64,000 nt of DNA from Candidatus Latescibacterota bacterium (GCA_965204375.1 OZ241986.1:3776001-3840000); one strand, 5' to 3'; counted from the first letter of the stretch, positions 1 through 9,627 are shown. The notes: generated by a model from the sequence alone, not told the origin. Numbers and translations: made by a program.

Positions 1-8
1 CTGATCCA

Positions 9-1376
9 ATGGGAAAAGAATTTGACATCACCCCTGTTAACGTACCAAAAGTCGATACAAAATATCGCCGCATTATAACGCCTGTACCCCACCCAGACTC
101 GGTGGCAACTTTGGAAACCCTGCACCGGGTAGAACCCATCTCCATGCGCGGACAACCACCCATTGTATGGGACCGCGCAGAAGATTGTCAGGTCTATGAC
201 AAATACGGCAACATGTGGCTCGACTGGAGCTCCGGCGTACTCGTCACCAATGCCGGGCACGGCATGCCCGAAGTTCGGCGTGCAATCGTAGATCAGGTAC
301 GCACCGGGCTATTGCACAACTACGTATTCCCCAGCGAAGAACGGGCGCAACTCGTCGAATTTTTGATAGAACTGGCACCAGAAGGGTTAGACAAAGCATT
401 TCTACTAACAACCGGATCTGAAAGCACAGAAAACGCCTTAAAACTCGCGCGAACGCATGGCATTTCAACCGGAGGAAAAAAGAAAATCGGCTTTGTGGGA
501 TTTGAACGCGGATTTCACGGACGCACAATGGGCGCACAGCAAGTCGGCGGAATGCCCGGACAAAAAGACTGGATCGGAAACGAAGACCCCGCCATCGTAC
601 AGGTACCCTTTCCCGACGGATATTGGACGGAAAACGTGGATTTCGACTTCTTCTGCTCTACACTCCAGGACAAAGGACTAAATGCAGACGACGTATGCGG
701 CGTCATGCTCGAAACATATCAGGGCGTGGGACCCGATTTCGCGCCTGTAGCGTACGTACAGGCACTATCTGAATGGTGCAAAGCACACGGCGCCCTCTTG
801 ATCTTTGATGAAGTACAGGCGGGATTTGGTCGCACCGGAAAAATGTGGGGATTTGAGCACTACGGCGTAACACCCGACCTGATATGCTTTGGCAAAGGCG
901 TAAGCAGTTCCTTGCCCCTATCGGGCGTAATCGGCAAATCCGAAGCCATGGACTTATACCCCCCCGGATCAATGACCAGCACCCACACGGGCAACCCCGT
1001 CTGTTGTGCAGCGGCACTCGCCAGCCTGAAAAAAATCGTAAACGACGATCTAACCGGCAATGCAGCACGCCTCGAGCCAGTATTGATGAACGGAATCAAA
1101 AAAATTCAAGCCGCACATCCCGATGTAGTCGGACACGTAACATGCAAAGGACTCGTAGGCGGCGTACAAATGGTAAAAGCCGGAGAAAAAGAACCCAACC
1201 CGGACCTGGCGCACGAAATTGTACTGCGTTGTTTTCACAAAGGACTGCTATTCTTTGCCCCTGTGGGCGCGTGGGGACAAACCGTAAAAATCTCTCCGCC
1301 CTTAACCATTGAACAAGACGCGCTCGAAGACGGCATACAGGTACTCGCTGAAGTTGTAGATGAAGTACAGAAGTAA
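9..1376 (+). CDS. Class III PLP-dependent aminotransferase (4-aminobutyrate/acetylornithine aminotransferase-like)
   Basis: 455 aa; motifs TGSES, GFHGRT, FDEVQAGFGRTG, PLP lysine in FGKG, THTGNP. Substrate not determinable. Confidence 0.9.
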   Translation: MGKEFDITPVNVPKVDTKYRRIITPVPHPDSVATLETLHRVEPISMRGQPPIVWDRAEDCQVYDKYGNMWLDWSSGVLVTNAGHGMPEVRRAIVDQVRTGLLHNYVFPSEERAQLVEFLIELAPEGLDKAFLLTTGSESTENALKLARTHGISTGGKKKIGFVGFERGFHGRTMGAQQVGGMPGQKDWIGNEDPAIVQVPFPDGYWTENVDFDFFCSTLQDKGLNADDVCGVMLETYQGVGPDFAPVAYVQALSEWCKAHGALLIFDEVQAGFGRTGKMWGFEHYGVTPDLICFGKGVSSSLPLSGVIGKSEAMDLYPPGSMTSTHTGNPVCCAAALASLKKIVNDDLTGNAARLEPVLMNGIKKIQAAHPDVVGHVTCKGLVGGVQMVKAGEKEPNPDLAHEIVLRCFHKGLLFFAPVGAWGQTVKISPPLTIEQDALEDGIQVLAEVVDEVQK

Positions 1377-1422
1377 GAGAGCTTCAACCAATCCCCAACC
1401 CCCAGCCCCTTAAGGATTTAAT

Positions 1423-2592
1423 ATGTCAAACGAAAAACGCGGACGACTGCGCGAAATAGCGGCATTATTCTTTAAACTCGGCGTAATAGGCTTTGGTGGA
1501 CCCGCAGCGCACATCGCCCTGATGGAAGACGAAGTAGTTGAAAAGCGCGCGTGGCTATCGCGCGAGCGATTCTTAGACCTCGTCGGCGTAACGAGCATCA
1601 TCCCCGGCCCAAACTCGACGGAAATGGCAATACACCTGGGATTCTTGCGCGGCGGTTGGATCGGCCTATTACTGGCTGGCGGATGTTTTATATTCCCCGC
1701 CGTTACATTGACAACAATCCTCGCCTGGGCCTACATGACTTATGGCGCCATCCCAGAGGTTGCCGACCTGCTCTATGGCATCAAACCAGCGGTACTCGCC
1801 GTCATTCTGGGCGCACTCTGGCGGCTGGGCCAAAAAGCTGTAAAAGGCTGGCGACTGAGCTTCCTCGGCCTGGCTGTGATGCTCGTAGCCCTCACGCAAT
1901 TTAGCGGCGTCCTCGCACTGATTGGCGGTGGAATCATCGGGATGTTCTGGCTGAGAATGACGCGACCAAGAGACCGCGAACACATGGCCGTAATAGCACC
2001 TGTGGCTGGCACGGGATTGACAATGCTCGCAAGCCAGGGCGCCGTATCCGCAGCAGGACCAACACTCTGGGCACTGGGCCTATTCTTTCTAAAAATTGGC
2101 GCAATCCTCTACGGCAGCGGATACTTACTCATTGCATTCCTCGAAGAAGAACTTGTACAGGGATATGCCTGGCTAACCCAGGAACAATTGCTGGAAGCCA
2201 TTGCCATCGGCCAGTTCACGCCCGGACCCGTATTATCGACCGCAGCCTTCATCGGTTATCTCGTCACCGGCGGCAAATTATCCGGCGCACTCGTCGCTGC
2301 TGGCGCGATCTTCTTGCCCTCCTTTATCTTTGTCGCTGCCCTGAATCCCCTCTTGCCCCGGCTGCGCGAATCTGAATGGGTGGCGTCATTCCTCGACGCC
2401 GTAAACGTCTGCGCCGTAGGATTGATGGCCGCTGTAACAATAGAACTGGGCTATCTAACCCTGGATTCAATACCCAAAATGGCAATCGCAGGCATCGCAT
2501 CCATTCTGATATTGTGGCGCGGAATCGGCGCAGTATGGCTGGTCGTTGGCGGCGCCGTTGTGGGTTGGATCATCCTCGCCGCGGGCTTTTAG
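1423..2592 (+). CDS. chrA: Chromate efflux transporter (CHR family, long chain)
   Basis: Two hydrophobic repeats with FGGPAAHIA, PGPNSTEMA and GQFTPGP signatures. Confidence 0.9.
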   Translation: MSNEKRGRLREIAALFFKLGVIGFGGPAAHIALMEDEVVEKRAWLSRERFLDLVGVTSIIPGPNSTEMAIHLGFLRGGWIGLLLAGGCFIFPAVTLTTILAWAYMTYGAIPEVADLLYGIKPAVLAVILGALWRLGQKAVKGWRLSFLGLAVMLVALTQFSGVLALIGGGIIGMFWLRMTRPRDREHMAVIAPVAGTGLTMLASQGAVSAAGPTLWALGLFFLKIGAILYGSGYLLIAFLEEELVQGYAWLTQEQLLEAIAIGQFTPGPVLSTAAFIGYLVTGGKLSGALVAAGAIFLPSFIFVAALNPLLPRLRESEWVASFLDAVNVCAVGLMAAVTIELGYLTLDSIPKMAIAGIASILILWRGIGAVWLVVGGAVVGWIILAAGF

Positions 2593-2594
2593 GG

Positions 2595-3485
2595 ATGAAC
2601 CAGGAATATCTCAAACCCGAAGTCGTCTCCCGGCTCGCGCGCCTGGACCTGATCGCCCGCATGGTCGTCGAAGGATTTATCACTGGCCTGCATCAAAGCC
2701 CCTATCACGGATTCTCCGTCGAATTTTCCGAATACCGGCAATACATGCCGGGTGACTCACTGCGCGACCTGGACTGGAAAGTATTTGGCAAAACCGACCG
2801 CCTCTACGTCAAACAATACGAAGAAGAAACCAACCTCAAATCCCATCTCCTCATAGACGCCAGTGCCTCAATGGCATATCGCTCGGACGCCATCACCAAA
2901 TTCCAATACGCATCTTACACCGCAGCCGCCCTCTCCCACCTCATGTTGCGCCAGCGCGACGCCGTCGGATTAATCGCCTTTGACGACCGCATTCGCACGT
3001 ATCTGCAGCCCCGCTCAGTCACCAGTCATTTGCACACCCTGCTGACCATGCTCCAAAACACCAGCCCCGAAGGCACCGATACCGACCTTGCCGCCACCTT
3101 TCACGAACTGGCAGAACGCATTGTGCGCCGCGGCCTCGTCATCGTCATCTCCGACCTCTTCGACGACCCGGATCGCCTGCTCAACGGCCTCAAACACTTT
3201 CGCCATCGCAACCACGAAGTCATCGTCTTCCACATCCTGGACCCCCGAGAGCGCGACCTCGACTTCAACCGCGAAATGCGCTTCGTCGATCTCGAATCCG
3301 GCACGCAAATCGCCACAGAACCCTGGCACCTCGCACCCGAGTACCGCGACCACATGGAAACCCTCATCGATCGCTTTCGCCGCGAATGCCGCGAAGCCAT
3401 GATCGACTACGTCCTCCTCGAAACCTCAGAACCCTTTGACACCGCCCTCTTCAACTACCTCGCAAAACGCAAAAAATTGATGTGA
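2595..3485 (+). CDS. DUF58 / vWA-like protein (usual MoxR partner)
   Basis: GLHQSPYHGFSVEFSEYRQYMPGD, DWKVF, KQYEEE, DASASM, ISD motifs. Start moved to the ATG at 2595, just after the chrA stop. Confidence 0.88.
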   Translation: MNQEYLKPEVVSRLARLDLIARMVVEGFITGLHQSPYHGFSVEFSEYRQYMPGDSLRDLDWKVFGKTDRLYVKQYEEETNLKSHLLIDASASMAYRSDAITKFQYASYTAAALSHLMLRQRDAVGLIAFDDRIRTYLQPRSVTSHLHTLLTMLQNTSPEGTDTDLAATFHELAERIVRRGLVIVISDLFDDPDRLLNGLKHFRHRNHEVIVFHILDPRERDLDFNREMRFVDLESGTQIATEPWHLAPEYRDHMETLIDRFRRECREAMIDYVLLETSEPFDTALFNYLAKRKKLM

Positions 3486-3492
3486 AAAAAAC

Positions 3493-3528
3493 CAAACCCC
3501 CATCGCAAAAATGCGCGATGGGGGTTTG
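3493..3528. terminator. Hairpin terminator between convergent genes; left border of the peptide cluster
   Basis: Perfect 14-bp stem CAAACCCCCATCGC / GCGATGGGGGTTTG with an A-run on the left and TTTG on the right. Confidence 0.8.
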
Positions 3529-3550
3529 TATGTGCTATCGTGTACATGCC

Positions 3551-4570
3551 TCAAAGAGCCTTCAAAACATTCTTCAAAATACGCTCTTCCCTTTGAGAAA
3601 TATCATCTAACAAGGTGATAATCTTCAGAATACGATCCACATCCCACGTTCTCTTAATCTCCCCTAACGCTCGCAATTTAAGCATCATCAGATGAACCTG
3701 ATGCGCCTTGTGCTCAACCTCTTTGTACGCCTGATGAAACTGGTCTGACGGACGCAAATACCCGCGATCCTCCAGATAAGCAAGCCTATCCAACATACAA
3801 CGCTTGTGCTCCCAAAGCGTGAATAAATGCCGCCGATCCCACAACCGAGGATGGACAAACAAATGCGTAAAGTAATCTCGCAAAAGCTTATACGTCGCCA
3901 TCCCAAAGACGCCTTCAACTGGCTTGCACAACGTCCGGTAGTGGAGAGACGGATTCTCAGAATGGATGTAGGCTCGCAACTGGTCAATGACAGCATCAAT
4001 ATCAAACTCATAGATACCGTCCTCATCATACTCAAAAAGAGTCACCAGGTACGATCTGGGTTTCTCGGGATCAATCCAGCGAAACGCCGCTTCAAATTCT
4101 GAATATGCAACCCTTGAAACAGCGTAACTCCGCGCTCGATTGAATCCCAGAGTCTCAAGCGTTTCTGTATCGTCATCGTATCCGAATACCATAATAGCAT
4201 GCGGATGATGAATTTTCTCATAAAATGATGTATGCGGCAAGAAATACTCATCGGCAGTTAACTGGACATAGAAGCCCTCATCAATTTGATCGCGAATAAA
4301 CGGCACAATCTGGTTATATACTCTGACGATTGATCGCCTTGGAACAGTGTAGATAGACAGCCACGGCGGGGAGTACTGGCCTTGAAAATAGAAGTTGAAT
4401 CGGATGTTATGTTTGTTCTCATGCAACAGGTCAACGGCGAATAGCTGTATGTAATTGCAGAAGAATCAGGGAATATAATCATCCTGAAGTGACATAATCG
4501 AAAGCCGATAGCCATGTCGAGGATAGCCGTGTATGGGTGGGGATACCTGGATGGGAAGTGTTTTTTTCAT
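3551..4570 (-). pseudogene. BtrH-like (papain/NlpC-fold) protein with one in-frame TGA at codon 35
   Basis: The frame from ATG 4570 reads MKKTLPIQVSPPIHGY...DDYIP*FFCNYIQL and continues in frame into the 291-aa ORF. DEYFLP..HHPHAIMVFGYD resembles the BtrH_N motif. Stop at 4466-4468. Confidence 0.65.
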
Positions 4571-4622
4571 AATATGTCTCAAAAGCTATGCCATCTGAGT
4601 GCGAGCGAAAAATCTATTCTGT

Positions 4623-4889
4623 CTATCCGGCAGCAGGTACCTTCTGTCGTGCTGTGCGAACATAATCAGCCATGGTCTGTACGCTATCAAACAGTTCCAC
4701 GCGCAACTCTTCATCTGGTACTTCAATGTCAAATTCCTCTTCCAGACCCACAATGATCTCAATAGTCGCCATTGAATTAAGCCCCAGACCACCGCCAAAA
4801 AGCGCGTCGTCATCGTCAATTTCTTCTGCATCAACTTCAAGAGACAACGTGCGAATGATCACCTGTTTGACCCGATGTTCAATAGACAT
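4623..4889 (-). CDS. Acyl carrier protein
   Basis: 88 aa, acidic; GLGLNSMATIEIIVGLEEEFDIEVPDEEL with phosphopantetheine Ser39; strong RBS AGGAGGG. Confidence 0.9.
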   Translation of the reverse strand: MSIEHRVKQVIIRTLSLEVDAEEIDDDDALFGGGLGLNSMATIEIIVGLEEEFDIEVPDEELRVELFDSVQTMADYVRTARQKVPAAG

Positions 4890-4897
4890 AACCCCTC

Positions 4898-6799
4898 CTA
4901 TGCGATAGTTGATGTATCATCCTTTGAAAAATATTGAATCACAGTTTCCACAAGACGCTGTTGACCCGTCTCTGAAAGAATCTCAATCGCGGGCACACAA
5001 AAATTATCTTCTAATTTTTTTAGGTGACAATTAATTTGAGATTGTGCCATCTTTTTGGGCGTGATCATACTGCGCCCATAAGCTGTTCGGATATGTTTTT
5101 CGTGGTCTCCCATCGCGAGTAAGATAGTCGGTGCTTTGCACACGGCACGTATGCCATCAATTGTATCTCGGATGTATTCTTCTGCATCAATGCTGTTGAC
5201 CACCAGAATACAGGCATCGGGTTTTACCCCCAGTAAAAACGCCAGTGAAGACAAGCAATGTGTGCTGTGTTCCTGGACATGATAGGGAATGGTCCCCGAC
5301 TGAGAGCCTGTCAGGATAATATCGGGCTGTGTGCGCTGGCAAATCTCCCGAATTTTGTAATCCAGATACGGTATGTAATGTTGAAATGGCAGTTTGAGCG
5401 GCGAAGCGTAGCCCATTGGAAAAGCAGCATCCATGCCAAATAGCCGAGAATGGTGCTCTGTGCCAATCTGCCCGACTTTATAGCCCTTTTTGATGAGTCT
5501 GCGCCTGAGCGCAAGTTGCAAAGTGAACTTGCCCTGCTGAGAACTCGTGCCCATCACAGAAAGCACTGGCACATCTACAGGCGGGAGCGTGTTGAAATTT
5601 TGAATGGCCTGTGTGATTTCTTCTCTATGAATGTGAGGATAGGCAAGGCGCAGTCCCTTCTTATCCGCTGTATCATACAGATCGCCGTAAACGGTTGGAT
5701 CAAGTGCCTGAAAACTGAACACATGACATTCCTCATCAAGAGCCAATTGCACATATTCTCTGAGCAAATCGCGCTTGCGGATGCGAGATAGTTGATCCAC
5801 ATAGCCGAGAATGAGCGTATCTGCATCTGCCATTGTGTGCCGGATATTCGGGCTAATCCGCAAATTTACCTGAGATTCGCCAATCACCTTACTCGCATCT
5901 TTGCCCACTATCCCCTTTCCAATGGGGTCGGCGACACCGACAATCTCAAACGCGAGCAAATCGCGATAGCGCACCAGACTGTGCATCTCTTTGTTATACG
6001 GATACAACACGGCTTTCTTGATATAGGCATAGTCCTCTTGAAAATCTTTTTGGTGTGACTGAAGACCAGATTTGGACTTATTTTGACCTTGAGATATTTC
6101 GTTTAATGCTTTTTCTTTTAATAATAATCGAATATCTTGAACCGAACATTTTGGATGCTGTTCCAACAGGTGTGCGATAATACCCGTGATATGGGGTGCG
6201 GCAAAGCTGTTTCCTCCGGTCATAATATGTTTGCCGTTTAACCAGCACACGCGCTGTTCATCCCCTCGCGCTACACATTCGATGCGCTGATCTTCGCGGT
6301 AATAAAATCCATCTGCTTCATAAATCGCACCACCTGTCACACCAATCACTTCGGGAAATACCGCAGGATAACTCTCACGTCCGTCATTACTCTCAGCAAC
6401 TACGAGAATTACGCCAGCATCAATTGCTTTGCGGCACACCTTTTGAAGAGATTTCTTAAACGTCACATCCGTCGTGCCCAGGCTCAAATTCACCACATCC
6501 ATCTTGTTGTCAATGCACCACTGAATCGCCGCAATGAGTGCCCGTCCATCTGCCATCAAAGATGCATCAAAAATCCGCACGCTATAAAGTGCTGCATTAG
6601 GGGCCTTCTTGCGAATAATTCCAGCACACGCCGTACCATGCCCTGCACAGTCGGCGTGGTTATCTAAAAATACAATCCCACATTCTTCACCAACCTGAAT
6701 ATGAATACCACCCGAAATTTCACCTACATCAGGATGCGGAGCGTCTATGCCGCTATCGACAATGGCAAGCCGGATTTGAGAGGGATTTTCTTTAAACAT
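4898..6799 (-). CDS. S8 subtilase fused to a DUF1611 / TIGR04066-like P-loop domain
   Basis: Triad motifs AIVDSG, GHGTACAG, GNSFAAPHITG; C-terminal VMGTSSQQGKFT and GSQSG; no signal peptide. Confidence 0.82.
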   Translation of the reverse strand: MFKENPSQIRLAIVDSGIDAPHPDVGEISGGIHIQVGEECGIVFLDNHADCAGHGTACAGIIRKKAPNAALYSVRIFDASLMADGRALIAAIQWCIDNKMDVVNLSLGTTDVTFKKSLQKVCRKAIDAGVILVVAESNDGRESYPAVFPEVIGVTGGAIYEADGFYYREDQRIECVARGDEQRVCWLNGKHIMTGGNSFAAPHITGIIAHLLEQHPKCSVQDIRLLLKEKALNEISQGQNKSKSGLQSHQKDFQEDYAYIKKAVLYPYNKEMHSLVRYRDLLAFEIVGVADPIGKGIVGKDASKVIGESQVNLRISPNIRHTMADADTLILGYVDQLSRIRKRDLLREYVQLALDEECHVFSFQALDPTVYGDLYDTADKKGLRLAYPHIHREEITQAIQNFNTLPPVDVPVLSVMGTSSQQGKFTLQLALRRRLIKKGYKVGQIGTEHHSRLFGMDAAFPMGYASPLKLPFQHYIPYLDYKIREICQRTQPDIILTGSQSGTIPYHVQEHSTHCLSSLAFLLGVKPDACILVVNSIDAEEYIRDTIDGIRAVCKAPTILLAMGDHEKHIRTAYGRSMITPKKMAQSQINCHLKKLEDNFCVPAIEILSETGQQRLVETVIQYFSKDDTSTIA

Positions 6800-7517
6800 G
6801 ACATTCTCTAACTAATGATGGTGAATCCATGATCTTGCATTCCACATCAATGATTTCCTTTTTTTTCCAATCAACCAACACACGCAATGTGTCATCAGCC
6901 TTTCTTGGCTTCCAGCGATACTCAAAGACGCTTATGCCATTCATTTCAACAGCATCATACCCATAACTGCGTTCATTTCGGAGTGTGCGAATATAATCAT
7001 GGCGAGCAAAATAGGGTTGTGCATCTATATGCTTCACAATAGCTGGCAGATAATTTTCCATCAAAAGATTGGTACCTGGTATCGCACGAAATCCATAGCG
7101 TTTGTAAAGTGGAATTCCTTTTCGATTGAACGACCAGGTCGTAATTTCGATGCGTTTACAATCAGATCCACAGACAGTTCTCAAACACGCATCCCCCAGT
7201 GCCAGTCCAAAAGTTCCGCGCCTCTGAAAATCAGGATGGGTTTCTACATGAGAAAAAATGAGCACACCAGACTCAGATTTCTTCTGAGTTATTTTCATGG
7301 ATGAAATGATCCGGTGATTTCGCTTGAGTAAATAGATGACCGAGTGCTCTAAGTTGCTCAAGTCCTCAATAATTTCTTCACAAGTAGGCAGGCATTCAGA
7401 GTTGGGCTGTCTTTGAAAAGCATTTGAAGACAAGGACCAGTGTTGTGTCTGAATATCTCTCAAAAAGGTAGCATAGTGATGTAAATCGTTTTTGCTTAAG
7501 GGATGAATTTGAAACAT
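6792..7517 (-). CDS. GNAT family N-acetyltransferase with C-terminal extension
   Basis: VETHPDFQRRGTFG (motif A) and NRKGIPLYKRYGF (motif B). Start assigned to MFQIHP at 7517; overlaps the next gene by 8 nt. Confidence 0.8.
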   Translation of the reverse strand: MFQIHPLSKNDLHHYATFLRDIQTQHWSLSSNAFQRQPNSECLPTCEEIIEDLSNLEHSVIYLLKRNHRIISSMKITQKKSESGVLIFSHVETHPDFQRRGTFGLALGDACLRTVCGSDCKRIEITTWSFNRKGIPLYKRYGFRAIPGTNLLMENYLPAIVKHIDAQPYFARHDYIRTLRNERSYGYDAVEMNGISVFEYRWKPRKADDTLRVLVDWKKKEIIDVECKIMDSPSLVRECHV

Positions 7518-7542
7518 CTTTTTTCTTTCAAAAATGTAAAAA

Positions 7543-8283
7543 TCACTTGCCGACGATATAGCCGCCATACAGAAATCCAAGAAGAGGTGTAATAGTGACA
7601 TTAATATTTGCAGAACTATGAAAAGCCATACATAATAGAAGACTGCGCTTAGATTCGTAGAGATAGGTTAAAAAACAGGCAAGCACTGTCAATGTGATCA
7701 AGTGCAACAAAAATAAGTCCCAATAACCCTCTATGATATAAGGCCATAAACGCTTATGTCGAAAAACAAAGATTGAAATACTAATGACATAAGCCTTAAA
7801 TTTTCCATATTTTGTCCTGATCGTTCCGTAAAGCAGACCTCTGAAAAGAAGCTCTTCTTCAATTGGTGCTAATATAACCCCTCCAATAAAAAGCCATAGA
7901 TACTGAAAAACAAAATCTGGCGGTTGGGCACCGAAGCCTTCCCAAAAATTAAGGGGTAAATAATACGCTGTTAGACCTATACCTGCATATATCCAGAAGA
8001 AGAATACGCGTTTAGGGGGAATAGCATAATACACCATTTTCTTTAACTCAAACCGTCCGAATTGAATCAAAACAAAAAGCACTAAGAGAAGATGCATTCC
8101 TTGCATAAGTACATTCACGAAACCCCTTGGTGGCGATACAAGTCTCCACACAATCACACCTTCCAGGATAATTAAACAAGACCAGATCAAACCTTTTGCC
8201 AAAGGCACCTGAAGTGCTGGCGGCCAGTTCTCTTGTATAGATTCCGTTTTAGAGGCTTCTTCAATTGATGATTCTGGAGCCAT
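7543..8283 (-). CDS. CPBP (CAAX / Abi) intramembrane metalloprotease
   Basis: APIEEELLFRG, FVFRH and HSSAN motifs; multiple TM helices. Confidence 0.88.
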   Translation of the reverse strand: MAPESSIEEASKTESIQENWPPALQVPLAKGLIWSCLIILEGVIVWRLVSPPRGFVNVLMQGMHLLLVLFVLIQFGRFELKKMVYYAIPPKRVFFFWIYAGIGLTAYYLPLNFWEGFGAQPPDFVFQYLWLFIGGVILAPIEEELLFRGLLYGTIRTKYGKFKAYVISISIFVFRHKRLWPYIIEGYWDLFLLHLITLTVLACFLTYLYESKRSLLLCMAFHSSANINVTITPLLGFLYGGYIVGK

Positions 8284-8302
8284 AGAATAATTCCAATTCA
8301 GT

Positions 8303-8995
8303 TTAATCCAGTTTGTTGCTCAACATCTTAAAACTTTCGTCTGTCAATAAAAATTTGAAAGCCGGCTCTTTGTGAATTTCTTTTTTTCGGGCAGGATCCC
8401 ACTGGAGTGCTCTTTTTAAGCTTGAAAGAGTCTGTTCTTTATTTTTCATTGCTCCATATACCCGGGCTAAGTTATACCAGGTATTACCATCTTTGGGGTC
8501 CAGTTCAATTGACTGATCTAATGCTATGATTGCTTCGGATAATCTACCTGATTCCAGAAATACAACCCCTCTGTTGTTCCAGGCATTAGAATATTTGGTG
8601 TCAAGTTCTAAAGCGCGATCAAATGAAAGAAGTGCTTTATCCAACTCGCCCATTTTTCCCAAAACAGTACCTCGATTATTCCATAATATAGATGCTTGAG
8701 GTAGTATTTGAAGTGCCTGGTCATAAACTTTAAGTGCGTCTTGATTTTTTTCTTGTCCGCTATAAATCAAGCCAATAATGTTCCAGGCAACCTCATTTTC
8801 GGGATTTAATTTGACTACCTGTTGATAGACTTTCAAGGCTTCTTCAACGGCACCAATCTTCAAAAACTTGTTTCCTTTTTTTGACAAAATTTGAGCTTGT
8901 CCACGAGATTTATAAGGTTCGAAAATAAAATTCGCAAAATAATAGAAAGCAACGGCATGTACAAGGGGAAGGCACAGCAGCAGAAACTTTTTCAT
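8303..8995 (-). CDS. Membrane-anchored or secreted tetratricopeptide repeat protein
   Basis: N-terminal hydrophobic segment followed by about five TPRs (AWNNRG, WYNLA). Confidence 0.88.
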   Translation of the reverse strand: MKKFLLLCLPLVHAVAFYYFANFIFEPYKSRGQAQILSKKGNKFLKIGAVEEALKVYQQVVKLNPENEVAWNIIGLIYSGQEKNQDALKVYDQALQILPQASILWNNRGTVLGKMGELDKALLSFDRALELDTKYSNAWNNRGVVFLESGRLSEAIIALDQSIELDPKDGNTWYNLARVYGAMKNKEQTLSSLKRALQWDPARKKEIHKEPAFKFLLTDESFKMLSNKLD

Positions 8996-9216
8996 TACAG
9001 CATTCTTTCGTCTATCTGGACAGGGATAAGGGGAATCTGGGATAAAATACTTGATTCATTAATTCATGTCAACGCGCTGAGAATGTTAAAATGTATCGAC
9101 AAGAGCCTTCGGGGACTGAGAAAACTGCTCACGGCTTTCAGATTGGACAAAACCTGTGAACGATTATGCTTTTCACCATGCGCTGATAGTCAAAATTTAA
9201 CTTATCCTTGACAGAT

Positions 9217-9627
9217 TTAATGAGGCAAGCATTGAGGGCAATAACCAGAGTCCTGAGGGGGAGGGGTAGGCTCCCCCCCGGGGGGGAGAGGAATAGCTAT
9301 ATCAATTGACGCACCGGGCGCTGAAACATTGACCCTTAGAGTATCTACTTGTGTGCTATCACTAGCTGTTTCAATCCATATTGGTGAACTTAAATCAAAA
9401 GTGATGCGGTCACCAAGGTCTCCTGTAAGAGTCTGTGTCCATCCCCTCTCCGTTGTCTGCACACCCGTACTTGTAATTACAGCCGTACTATCTGTAGCAG
9501 TAGAGTCAGGATCTGCCGGTGTATTAGGCGGTGTATAAGGATCAGGCTCCTCGTCCTCACCAGAATAGGCAAGAACGTTTTCCAAACTGCCCATCCGTTG
9601 AGGTTTATGCAACTTTACAATTTTCAT
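9217..9627 (-). CDS. Putative precursor or exported substrate peptide, 136 aa
   Basis: RBS AAGGAG before ATG 9627; basic leader MKIVKLHKPQRMGSLENVLAY followed by an acidic Pro/Thr/Ser-rich body and terminal CPQC; directly downstream of the ABC exporter. Confidence 0.65.
   Translation of the reverse strand: MKIVKLHKPQRMGSLENVLAYSGEDEEPDPYTPPNTPADPDSTATDSTAVITSTGVQTTERGWTQTLTGDLGDRITFDLSSPIWIETASDSTQVDTLRVNVSAPGASIDIAIPLPPGGEPTPPPQDSGYCPQCLPH

Noticed and set aside
2376-2594. N-terminal extension of the DUF58 ORF
   Set aside because: It overlaps chrA, is Arg-rich nonsense, and family similarity starts at ATG 2595.
4466-4468. Selenocysteine or TGA-to-Trp recoding
   Set aside because: Many genes here end in TGA, and I saw no convincing SECIS-like hairpin after the codon. 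A point mutation or error is simpler.
8891-9211. 106-aa + strand ORF between TPR and precursor
   Set aside because: Antisense to the operon, overlaps the TPR gene, TTG start, no motif.
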